In this document: positions 30,327 through 39,186 of the stretch, one piece after another
How positions within the stretch are numbered: the stretch's first letter is position 1
Layout: each line of letters starts with the position of its first letter
NCBI GenBank assembly: GCA_965248445.1
Contig: CBDFJG010000004.1
Location: 416,001 to 480,000 of the forward strand
Length of the DNA: 64,000 nucleotides
Source: Planctomycetota bacterium
Lineage (GTDB): Bacteria > Planctomycetota > JAJSAM01 > JAJVHW01
Direction of reading: 5' to 3'
Position numbers and translations under genes: made by a program
Notes under the pieces: model-generated
The model's input: only the letters and a program-made list of their open reading frames with translations
Told to the model about the DNA's origin: nothing
Database searches by the model: none

Positions 30327-30983
30327 ATGGACGAAGCCTCGGCGCCGCCGACCTCTGCAGTCTCGCCCGCTCCCGACGCCCCGACGCCGGTGAGAGAGAG
30401 ACTCTGCCCGTGCGGTGCGACCGCTCCGTCGCTTCTACCGTTCCCGGGGCAGCGCCCGCGCAAGTGCGAGGAGTGCGGCACACCGCTCGTCCGCCGCCGC
30501 GGCGAGCAGTGCGGCAGCACCTTCGACCGCGCGCTCGGCGGGGCGCTGGTGGCAGGCACTCTGGGCGCACTCGTCTGGATGTTCGCAGCCCGCGCCACCG
30601 GCACCGGGGCGCACTGGGTGTTGCCGGTGCTGGGCGCCCTGGCCGGCGGTGCGGCGTGGGCAGCGGCCGGGGAGCGGGGTGGCCGCGTGCAGTGGGCAGC
30701 GGTGGCGGGCCTGTTCGTTGCCGCCGTCGTCGGTGAGGTGTTGCTGTATCGCGCGGCGTTGTTGCAGCGGCTCGTCCGGATGCACGAAGACGAGGGCGCT
30801 TCCGACGCCGCGGCGAGCGCTGCCGAAGAGTTCGAGGAGATGCGAGTGGCGGAGTACCTGCACATCGAGCTGTCGCTCGGTCTGCTCGCTGGCTTGGCCG
30901 CGGCGACAGTCATCGCGTGGTGGATCACGCGCGCACCGGCAGCGATCGTCGCGTTCGAACGCCCGGACGCCGCCCCAGACTAG
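30327..30983 (+). CDS. Membrane protein with N-terminal Zn-finger-like cysteines
   Basis: CPCG...CEECG followed by several TM helices. Confidence 0.65.
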   Translation: MDEASAPPTSAVSPAPDAPTPVRERLCPCGATAPSLLPFPGQRPRKCEECGTPLVRRRGEQCGSTFDRALGGALVAGTLGALVWMFAARATGTGAHWVLPVLGALAGGAAWAAAGERGGRVQWAAVAGLFVAAVVGEVLLYRAALLQRLVRMHEDEGASDAAASAAEEFEEMRVAEYLHIELSLGLLAGLAAATVIAWWITRAPAAIVAFERPDAAPD

Positions 30984-31026
30984 GAATTGACACGACTAGG
31001 AACCGACGCGACTAGGAACGGACTAG
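30978..31026. repeat. Short 16-nt-period direct repeats with GACTAGGAA core
   Basis: GACTAGGAA at 30978, 30994 and 31010; GACTAG at 31021. Confidence 0.75.
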
Positions 31027-32462
31027 CGGCGCGGCTTTTTCTTGCCGTCGTCCTCTTCGGGATCGGGAGGCGCGGTACCGATCGCGTACTCCACGAACTG
31101 CTCGATGTCGGGCTCGTTCAGGTTGGTGATGTCGCGCCAATCGAGGATGCGCAGCTGATAGCTGCGACCGTGCTTCTGCGCCTCGTACCAGATCCACTCC
31201 GCTGCGCGCACGTTGCGCCCGCTCATGGTGCCGGCTACCTCCCAGTGCCAGATCTGGGGGCCCTTCTTCTTCTTTCGCTTCTTCTTCTTTTTCTTCTTCT
31301 TGCCGTCTTCCTCGGCGGCCGGCGGGTTCGGGTCGACGAGGTGTGCCTCGATCTCACCGGCGACGTCCGACATCTTCACCTTCTCCGCTTCGAAGCGGCC
31401 CTCGGAGATCTCGTCGAGCTTCGCCCAGCCCTTGCTGCGCCAGCTCTGCCCGTGCTCCCAGAGCTTGAGCATCACCTGCACGGCGGTGTCATCGTCGCCG
31501 ATCTTCACGCTCCAGATGAGCGGCCAGTCCCTCGTGCTCTTCTCGACCTTCCAGCCGGTCGCGCGGGGCACGCGAAGCTTCAGTCCGTCGATTTGGTCCT
31601 TCTTGGGGATCTCGTCCATGAAGACGCGCGGCAAGCCCTCGGTCACGCCGGCGTTCCGCGCCTTGCGCAGCGCGATCACGTGCGTCGTGTATGCGGAGTC
31701 GGGGGCGCCCTTCTGCTCACACGCTTTCGTCGCGAAACTGACGGCGTTCGCGAGGGCTTCATCGTCGCGCTTCTCTTCCTCGAGAGGACGGTGCTCGCCG
31801 ACGAAGGCAGCAAGCGTCATGCAGATCTCCGCGGCGCGGCCGTACGCCTTGCCGGGTGAGTCCGCGCCGTCGGCGCACGAGGCGATGAGGTCGGCGCCGC
31901 GGTTGTAGTCGGCAACGATCTGATCGAAGTCCTCGACCGGGTGGCTCTTCTCGGCGCGCATCGCGTACGCGTCGGCGAGTCCGGTGCGCACGCCCGGCGA
32001 ATCGGCGCCGCCCTCGAGCGCTTTCTCGCCCTCGGTGATTCCCCACGATGCGGCGGCCTCGGCCTGCGCGCCGTTCTTCGCCTCGGTAGCGAGGTCGACG
32101 AGACGCGTCGTTACGTCCATGGCCTTCTCGGCGGAGCCGACGTCCGTCGGATCGAGGTCGCGCGCGACGGCGAAGTTCATCCGTGCCGCGAGCAGGCCCG
32201 CGCGGCGCGCCGGTCCCTGCTGGCGCTTCGCCCACTTGAGCGCCACATCGCCCAGCGCCTGTCGCAGACCGGTGTCGTCGCGGATCTCGGCCGGGGCGGC
32301 GTCGAGGAGCGTCTTGGCTTCGCCGAACTTCCCGTCGAAGTAGAGCAGGCGCAACTGCTTCGCGACGTCCTCGTCGGAGCGTGCCGGCGGTGCGACGAAT
32401 GTCGCTCCCACCAGGAGCAGGAGGGTCATCAGGACGGCGCGGCTACGGCTGGTTCTGGTCAT
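31023..32462 (-). CDS. Secreted hypothetical protein, helical N-terminus, poly-Lys tract
   Basis: Signal peptide; codon bias typical of the host genes. Confidence 0.7.
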   Translation of the reverse strand: MTRTSRSRAVLMTLLLLVGATFVAPPARSDEDVAKQLRLLYFDGKFGEAKTLLDAAPAEIRDDTGLRQALGDVALKWAKRQQGPARRAGLLAARMNFAVARDLDPTDVGSAEKAMDVTTRLVDLATEAKNGAQAEAAASWGITEGEKALEGGADSPGVRTGLADAYAMRAEKSHPVEDFDQIVADYNRGADLIASCADGADSPGKAYGRAAEICMTLAAFVGEHRPLEEEKRDDEALANAVSFATKACEQKGAPDSAYTTHVIALRKARNAGVTEGLPRVFMDEIPKKDQIDGLKLRVPRATGWKVEKSTRDWPLIWSVKIGDDDTAVQVMLKLWEHGQSWRSKGWAKLDEISEGRFEAEKVKMSDVAGEIEAHLVDPNPPAAEEDGKKKKKKKKRKKKKGPQIWHWEVAGTMSGRNVRAAEWIWYEAQKHGRSYQLRILDWRDITNLNEPDIEQFVEYAIGTAPPDPEEDDGKKKPRR

Positions 32463-32592
32463 GTGGGTCTCCCCGGGCGTCTCACCCGACGGGCTCTTCG
32501 CGACTCGCGTGCCGCACGATAGACGCTCGTGAGCCGCGTCGGGTTGCCTGGAATCGTCCCCCCCGGAGTGCAGGGGATGTTACGAAGTCCGC

Positions 32593-33699
32593 ATGGCCGG
32601 CCGAGGGAACCTCCTGCTCACCCACGTGATCGCGGCCGCGCTCGGCGCGGGGGCGGCGTGGCTCGCCGCCCCGAGCGGCGGCGACGGCGAGGCACAGCGC
32701 ATCCCCCAACTCGAGCGGGACCTGGCGGAGTTGCGGCGCGACGCCGGCGACTGGCGGAGCGTCGCCGAGAGCGAGCGAGAGCGCCGCGAGCTGGCCCAGG
32801 GGGAGCTGACGCGGCTTCGAGCGCAGCAGGGCGGGTCCCGAGGCGACGTGCAGGCTCCGGTCCCCGCCGATCCCGAAGGCGCGCGACCGCCGATCGATGC
32901 GACGTCGTGGGACATGACCAAGCTGCGGGCCGAGATGCAGCGGCTGGCACTTGCCGGCCGGCGCATGGCGCGGGTGCCGCTGTTCCAGGCCGTTGTCGAG
33001 GCGGCGCGGGCGAACGGCGCTGAAGGCTCGAGTCTGATGGTCGACATCCTCTCGCAGCCGACGATCGACGGCGGCCTCCAGCGGGCGGCCGCGCTCGTCG
33101 TCGAGCACCTCGAGGAGCCGCGAGCCGTTCCCCCGCTTATGGAACGGTGGGGGCGCGCCGTCGAACGTGAGGACCAGCGGATGACGCTCCGCGTTCTCGC
33201 CACGCTTCCCGGACACGAACAGGTACCGCTGCTCCTGTCGGTCTGGGAGGACCGGGGCGCGGACGCGCGCCTGCGGATGATCGCGATCCACGGGCTCGCC
33301 CGGCGCGGGCACGTGACCGGCATCGAGGTCGTGCGCGGTGAGTCACCGATCTCCACGGGGCCGCTGCGTGCCCGCGCGGTCGAGAGCCTGCACTCGTACG
33401 TGCGGGCGCGGGGTTACGAGGACGCCGAGTTGATCGGCGCATTCGGTGCCTCCCTGACCGGCGCCGACGGCGAGGGCCAGCAGCGTCTCTCGTTGCTCGC
33501 GCTCGAGGGCTATTGGAACGCGGGCTGCATCGCGCATCTCACGCAGTTCGGAGAACTGCCGGACAGCCCCGAAGCGCCGTCGAAGGAGCTCCGCGAGCGT
33601 GCGCTTCGCGGTGCGGGTGCGATCCAGAGGAAGGACCCGCGGCCGCCGGACGCCGGCCTCGCGCGGGGACCGACGTCGCGGGGCGTTCGTCAGGAGTGA
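32593..33699 (+). CDS. Membrane-anchored coiled-coil/HEAT-like hypothetical protein
   Basis: N-terminal TM segment, coiled coil, helical repeats; overlaps the next gene. Confidence 0.65.
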   Translation: MAGRGNLLLTHVIAAALGAGAAWLAAPSGGDGEAQRIPQLERDLAELRRDAGDWRSVAESERERRELAQGELTRLRAQQGGSRGDVQAPVPADPEGARPPIDATSWDMTKLRAEMQRLALAGRRMARVPLFQAVVEAARANGAEGSSLMVDILSQPTIDGGLQRAAALVVEHLEEPRAVPPLMERWGRAVEREDQRMTLRVLATLPGHEQVPLLLSVWEDRGADARLRMIAIHGLARRGHVTGIEVVRGESPISTGPLRARAVESLHSYVRARGYEDAELIGAFGASLTGADGEGQQRLSLLALEGYWNAGCIAHLTQFGELPDSPEAPSKELRERALRGAGAIQRKDPRPPDAGLARGPTSRGVRQE

Positions 33700-34520
33700 G
33701 TGGCGCAGCGCGTTCGCCCGGCGGATTTCTCGGATGCCGCTTCCCGGTGATCGGCGTCGTGCACCTGCTCGCGCTGCCGGGTGCACCGGACTACGCGGGG
33801 AGCATGCGGAAGATCGAACGCCGCGCACGCGACGATGCGGCTGCGCTCGCGTCCGCGGGCTGCGACGCTCTGATCGTCGAGAACCACGGAGACCAACCGT
33901 TCGAGAAGGACAGCGTGTCGCCTGCGACGGTCGCCGCGCTGACGACGGCTGCGCTTGTCGTGCGCGACGCGGCGGCGGGACTCCCGATCGGCGTCAACTG
34001 CTTGCGCAACGACACCCTCTCTGCGCTCTCGGTCGCGGCGGCGGTCGGGGCGCGGTTCGTGCGGGTCAACGTCCTGACCGGTGCGATGGTGACGGACCAG
34101 GGCGTCATCGAGGGACGTGCCGCCGAGGTGCTCCGGTTGCGTGCCGTGCTGGCGCCCGGAGTTCAGATTGCGGCGGACGTGCTCGTGAAACACGCGGCGC
34201 CGCTCGTCGAACGCGACCCGAGGGAGGTCGCCGCTGAGACGGTCGGTCGCGGAGGTGCCGATGCGTTGATCGTGACCGGCGCTGGCACGGGCGCAGCGGT
34301 GGACCTGGACGTCGCCGCGCGCATTCGAAGCGGCGCCGGAGGGCATCCGGTGTTGGCGGGCAGCGGCGCGACGGCGCGCGCGGCCCATTCGCTGACCGCG
34401 CACTTCGACGGCGTCATCGTCGGCACGTCGATCAAGCGAGGCGGGAAGACCTCGGCGGCCGTCAGCGCGGCGCGCGCCGAGACGTTCGTCGCCGCCGTGG
34501 ACGAGGCACTCGGCCGTTGA
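33696..34520 (+). CDS. BtpA/SgcQ family protein
   Basis: IGVVHLLALPGAP, VENHGDQPF, GVNCLRND, DVLVKH and DGVIVGT motifs. Confidence 0.92.
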   Translation: MSGAARSPGGFLGCRFPVIGVVHLLALPGAPDYAGSMRKIERRARDDAAALASAGCDALIVENHGDQPFEKDSVSPATVAALTTAALVVRDAAAGLPIGVNCLRNDTLSALSVAAAVGARFVRVNVLTGAMVTDQGVIEGRAAEVLRLRAVLAPGVQIAADVLVKHAAPLVERDPREVAAETVGRGGADALIVTGAGTGAAVDLDVAARIRSGAGGHPVLAGSGATARAAHSLTAHFDGVIVGTSIKRGGKTSAAVSAARAETFVAAVDEALGR

Positions 34521-35224
34521 CCGCCGCGGAGTCGCTCCAGTCGGTCCGCGGGGTGCTGTTCGACGCCGGCAACGTCCTCCTGTGGCTCGATCACCCGCGG
34601 ATGACCGAGATCGTCAACGATCTGGGCATCACACGATCACTCGATGACGTGGCAGCAGCCGAGATGCGTGCCCGTCCGAAGCTGGACCCGCTGATCGGCC
34701 GCGCGCCGAAGCGCGAGAGTCCGCACGTCCACCGTCGCTACGTCGAGTTGATCGTCGAGGGCCTGGGTGTGACGGCGGCAGACGCAGACCGCGTGTTCGC
34801 GGCGCTCGATACCGCTTGGAACGAACTCTGGGTGCGACCGCCGGACGACGCGCACAGTGTCCTGCGCGCGCTCGCGGCCCGTGGTTACCGCCTCGGGTGT
34901 GTGAGCAACAGCGACGGCCAGGTCTCGCGCCGTCTGGCAGACGCCGGCCTGCTGCACTTGCTCGAGACCGTGACGGACTCCGGCGACGTCGGCTTCGAGA
35001 AGCCGGACCCGCGCATCTTCGCGTTGGGCGTGGCGAGTCTCGGCCTGGCCGTGGACCGGATCGCGTACGTGGGCGACCTCTTCAGCGTCGATATCGTCGG
35101 CGCTCGCGGCGCCGGGCTTGTGCCGGTGTTGATGGACCCGCTCTCGGTCTGGGACGCGGACTGTGTGCGCGTGCGCAGCCTGTCGCACCTGCTCGAGATG
35201 CTGCCCGGCGCCCCCACGTGCTAG
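34517..35224 (+). CDS. HAD-superfamily hydrolase
   Basis: LFDAGNVL, VSNSD, EKPDPRIF and YVGD motifs. Confidence 0.92.
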   Translation: MTAAESLQSVRGVLFDAGNVLLWLDHPRMTEIVNDLGITRSLDDVAAAEMRARPKLDPLIGRAPKRESPHVHRRYVELIVEGLGVTAADADRVFAALDTAWNELWVRPPDDAHSVLRALAARGYRLGCVSNSDGQVSRRLADAGLLHLLETVTDSGDVGFEKPDPRIFALGVASLGLAVDRIAYVGDLFSVDIVGARGAGLVPVLMDPLSVWDADCVRVRSLSHLLEMLPGAPTC

Positions 35225-35317
35225 CTCTGCTCGCGCGCGCGACCCCACCCCCCACGGACCCGCCCACCCCTGGAGGGGATGAGGACGCGGCTCACCGCGT
35301 CTTCGTTACATCGTGCG

Positions 35318-36328
35318 CTACTCCTTCGAGTACATCGCGAGCAGCTTGCGGACCGCGTCCTGGTCCGGCTTCAGCTCGAGCGAACGTCGCAGCGACTTCA
35401 GGGCGCGGTCCCGCACGGACGATTCTCGTCCGTCGATGGGCTGCGACTCGTAGAGGGTGATCAGTGCGGCTCCGAGGCGGGCATGCAGTGTCGGCTCCCG
35501 CGGCGCGACCGCGACCAGGAGCTCCAGCGCGTCGACGTGTGCGACGACCTCGCCGCGGCGGCGCGACAGGTCGGCGACGCGCGTTGCCAGGCGGCCGACA
35601 TCTGCCCGCACCGCGCGCACGTTCCCGCCGTGCTCGAGGGCACGGCGTAGCGCGGACGCCGCGCCTTCCACATCCTCGCCGGCGAGCGCGATCGTCGCGG
35701 TCAGGAGGTGAGCGCTTGGGTTCTTGGGGTGCTCGATCAGGATGCGATCGAGCATGGCGCGCCCCTCGTCGACCTTCGCCGATAAGACGAGCACCGATGC
35801 CAGGGCGACACGCGCGTCGGCGTCGTCACCCTTGATGCGCACCACGCGGCGCAACTCCGCCTCGGCGTCGTCGAGGCGGCCGAGCCGCAGAAGAGCCTGC
35901 CCCCGGTGCCGACGCGCGAGCAGGAACGAACCGTCGACCGCGAGTGCGCGATCGAACGAGGCAAGCGCGTCCTCGTGCCGCCCGCCTGCGGTCTGCACCG
36001 CGCCCAGCGCGTTCCAGCCCCGCGCGAACTTGGGGTCGACGGCGACGGATTCACGGTAGCGCTTCTCCGCCTCGTCGAGTTGGCCGGCCTGCGTGAGCGC
36101 GTTTCCCGCGGCATAGTGCGCGAGATAGAACAGCGGCGCGCGCTTGGCCGCATCGTCGAACGCTCCGGCTGCCTCGGCGTACTTGCGCGCTTCGAGCAGC
36201 GCCTCGCCGCGCCGGTACGACGCGACGGCCGCGTCGTTCGGCGCGCCGGGCAGCGGCGGCTTCTCCTGCCCGAACGCAATCGCGGCGAGGACGAAGAAGA
36301 GCGCAGCGGCGGGAAGAGACAGACGCAC
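35318..36328 (-). CDS. Secreted TPR-repeat protein
   Basis: Signal peptide followed by multiple TPR motifs. Confidence 0.85.
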   Translation of the reverse strand: MRLSLPAAALFFVLAAIAFGQEKPPLPGAPNDAAVASYRRGEALLEARKYAEAAGAFDDAAKRAPLFYLAHYAAGNALTQAGQLDEAEKRYRESVAVDPKFARGWNALGAVQTAGGRHEDALASFDRALAVDGSFLLARRHRGQALLRLGRLDDAEAELRRVVRIKGDDADARVALASVLVLSAKVDEGRAMLDRILIEHPKNPSAHLLTATIALAGEDVEGAASALRRALEHGGNVRAVRADVGRLATRVADLSRRRGEVVAHVDALELLVAVAPREPTLHARLGAALITLYESQPIDGRESSVRDRALKSLRRSLELKPDQDAVRKLLAMYSKE

Positions 36329-36537
36329 GATCCCTAGAGCGTACGGCGTCGTGCAGTAAGCGTTGCCACGCGATCCACTCGATGCAGCTGCGCCGGCGGG
36401 CGCGAAGCGTCCCGCGCCGGAAGCGAGACCACATCGCGAGTTGCGAATCGCGTAGGGCGCGGAGGAAGGGAGACGTGCGCGCAAGGTGTGGCGCGTGGAT
36501 CGCTCCGCGATGCGCGTGACTCAGCGCGGCGCGCCCA

Positions 36538-37521
36538 CTACTGCGGTTCGCAGCGGTCGCAGAAGAAGTAGCCACGCACGCCGTTGGCGCGTTCGCCGTC
36601 GGGCCACATCCGCAGAGTCAGCTGGGCGCCGCAGGTCGCACAGAGGAAGTCGGTGCGCAGCCCCATGGCCTCGGCAAGGTAGGGCGCCTGGCCGACGAGA
36701 TGATTGAGCAGCGTGTCATAGCTGAACACCTGCTGCATCGGAGCCTGCGGTGCACGCGGGGGTGCGTTGGGCGCCGCGCCGTGACCTGTCGGCACCGGAG
36801 GAGGCCCGCTGTCGGTGGGGAGTGGTCCGGTGCCTTGGTGCGTCCCGAACTGACCCGCGCCGCCGAGTTGCGTGCGGCCGATAGGGCGTGGGGGCGCCCC
36901 TCTGCGCACCGGGACGGCTCCGGTGGTCTCCGAGCTCTGCGGGCCCGGCGAGAACTGCTTCGCGCGGTGGAACCCCTCGGGCAATGAGCCGGCGTCGCCG
37001 TGCTGCGAGGCGCCCAAGGGGTGCGGGGTGTTGGCGGCGCGCTGTCCACCGCGGAAGCGCCTCGCCATGGCGTCGACGTCGGCCGGTACCGAGCGGGCCG
37101 GACCGACGACCGCTTGCGGTTGCGCGCCTGGCGTCGCACCGCCGAGAAGATTGACGATCTCGTACGCGATCTGGTCGGGGGACTGCTGATCGCGCCGGAA
37201 GACGCCCTGCGCACCGACGCGCAACGCGGAGTTGAGGATCTCTGATTCGCCGTGTGCGGCGAGCAAGTGCACGGGGGTGTTGGCGGTGTGGGGGTCGAGC
37301 CGGAGCAGGCGTAGAACCTCGGCGCCGTCGCGGTCCCGCAACTGCATGCCGAGCACGACGAGGTCGTACGCGCGCATCTGGACCGCGCGGACGGCGTCGT
37401 AGCCGTCGCTCGCCAGCTTGGCCTGGACGCCCGCCGAGCCGAGATGCGCGGCCACCTGCGCGGCAAACTGAGCGTCGCCGTCGACGATGAGGACCGATCG
37501 GTGCGGACGGTTACCACTCAC
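36538..37521 (-). CDS. Atypical receiver-domain protein with Pro/Gly linker and C-terminal Cys4 Zn finger
   Basis: VLIVDGD...YDLVVLG...DG receiver fold; C-terminal CATC...CDRC. Start is uncertain. Confidence 0.72.
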   Translation of the reverse strand: MSGNRPHRSVLIVDGDAQFAAQVAAHLGSAGVQAKLASDGYDAVRAVQMRAYDLVVLGMQLRDRDGAEVLRLLRLDPHTANTPVHLLAAHGESEILNSALRVGAQGVFRRDQQSPDQIAYEIVNLLGGATPGAQPQAVVGPARSVPADVDAMARRFRGGQRAANTPHPLGASQHGDAGSLPEGFHRAKQFSPGPQSSETTGAVPVRRGAPPRPIGRTQLGGAGQFGTHQGTGPLPTDSGPPPVPTGHGAAPNAPPRAPQAPMQQVFSYDTLLNHLVGQAPYLAEAMGLRTDFLCATCGAQLTLRMWPDGERANGVRGYFFCDRCEPQ

Positions 37522-37857
37522 GCGCACACCCCCATGCGCGCGAGTCTCGAACTCGTCTGGCCGGCCGCAGCCTGCACGGCATCCTCTTCTCTGGTCTTGC
37601 TCTCGGTCCGGCGCCCCCGCGCCATGACTCGTATCGAGAATCGGCCAGTCGGAGCCTCGAAGTTGAGGGGAATCCCGTCTCAGGCTCAGCCTCCCACCAG
37701 GCTCGGCCTCGGCGGCCCGCCCGGCGGCCCCCTCGCCGCAGCCTGGCTCCATGCCCTACAGAGTGGGAACATGCCGCGGCTCCCGGCTGTCTGAGGGAGC
37801 GGAGCCCGCCGTCTGCGATCTCCCCTCCCCGAACCCCCTGCGAAGCAGAGGAGAACC

Positions 37858-39060
37858 ATGAACCTTCACATCGCGAGCACCGCCCTGGCCCTGATCCTCG
37901 GCGCCGTCCCGCTCACGAACGCGTTGGCCGACGAGCCCGTACCGCCCGCCGGTGACGACGCCGCCGCGGCGACGGACACCGAGTTGAAGCCTGCCCTGAA
38001 GCCCATCGAGTGGATCGAAGGCTGGGAAGCAGGACAGGCCGCAGCGGCCGAGAGCGGCAAGCTCATGCTGGTCTACGTCCACCGCAGGTCACCGCCGTGA
38101 CCCCCTTGCATCGCGCTCGAGAACAGTGTGTTCTCGAAAGATGAGAGCGGGGCGATCAGCGACCGTTACGTGGCCGTCCGCCTGACCGGCGGCAGAGACA
38201 TCACTTCCGCAGTTCGCGAGTTCATGACCAAGTACGGCATCGGTGGTTACCCCTCGATCATGGTGATGAACTCCGAGGGTCACGTGGTGAACAACCGCGT
38301 CGACCGCTCGACCGACGGCATCCTCGGCGCGCTCGAGAAGGGCGCTGAACTCGAGACCGAGTTCGCTGCGCTCAAGGGCAAGGAAGACGTCGAGAGCCGC
38401 ACGAAGCTTGCCGGCATGCTGGCGGACCGCAAGCTGTTCGACGAAGCGAGCGCCGCTTTCGACAAGCTGCTCGAACAGGCGCCGTCCGTCGGCGTCCACA
38501 CCGGCATCTTGAAGCTGCACCAGGCCCAGGGCAACTCGGCAGACGAGGAACTCCTCCTCAACGAGATGCTCGAGCTCTACCCGAAGGCCGATGACCGCAT
38601 CTCGTGGCGTGTGCGTCTGGCGACCAAGCCCGCACGTACGCTCAGGCGCTCCACGCCGCCGGAGGAGGGCAAGGCCCTCATGGGCAGCGCCGTCGCGAAC
38701 CTCCAGGAGATCCTGGACGACCTGACGGGTACCGAGGAAGCGCCCGCTGGCGAGAAGGCACCGGTCGAGCACGTGGCCGAGGTCCGCCAGAGCATGATCG
38801 GCCTGCTCACGCGGCTGCAGCGCCGCGACGAGGTCGAGGAGCACATCGATTGGCTGCTCGACGCGGGCAAGGCGACGAAGTTCGCGCCGAGCGCACTGCT
38901 CGCTCGCGCGAACCTCGCGTATAGAGACAAGGACTACGACGCCGCGATCGAAGCGCTCAACCAGGTCCTCGAGGACTACCCAGACAGCGACGAGGCGAAG
39001 AGCGCCCCGTCCTGGATCGAGAACGTCCAGAAGAAGAAGGCCGCCGACTCCGGCGACTGA
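37858..39060 (+). CDS. Secreted thioredoxin-fold/TPR protein, putative selenoprotein (UGA at 38098-38100, U-P-P-C)
   Basis: ORFs 37858-38100 and 38128-39060 are in frame. W...A...SGKLMLVYV..PP*PPC..LE fits a Trx-like WCxxC region; a GGYPS cis-Pro motif follows; SECIS-like hairpin downstream. Confidence 0.8.
38109..38143 (+). promoter_or_regulatory. Putative bacterial SECIS element
   Basis: TCGAGAACA-GTG-TGTTCTCGA (38117-38137), extended by CATC/GATG; the G-starting loop lies 25 nt 3' of the UGA. Confidence 0.65.
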
Positions 39061-39081
39061 TCGCCTCTTCGACACCATTCA

Positions 39082-39110
39082 CGGGCCCCGGCGCACTCCG
39101 CCGGGGCCCG
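39082..39110 (+). terminator. 12-bp GC hairpin after the Trx-TPR gene
   Basis: CGGGCCCCGGCG-CACTC-CGCCGGGGCCCG; weak U-tract. Confidence 0.55.
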
Positions 39111-39186
39111 CTCTCGTTGCGGCCGGGATACGCTTGCCGCCGTTCCGCCGAAGGTCTCGGCGGACACGGCTCTGCCGGAGGAGACC

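Noticed and set aside
30978..31026. CRISPR array
   Set aside because: 9-nt core with 7-nt spacers is far too short, and there are no cas genes.
37760..37857. Riboswitch upstream of the Trx-TPR gene
   Set aside because: Only short GC hairpins; no aptamer consensus recognised.
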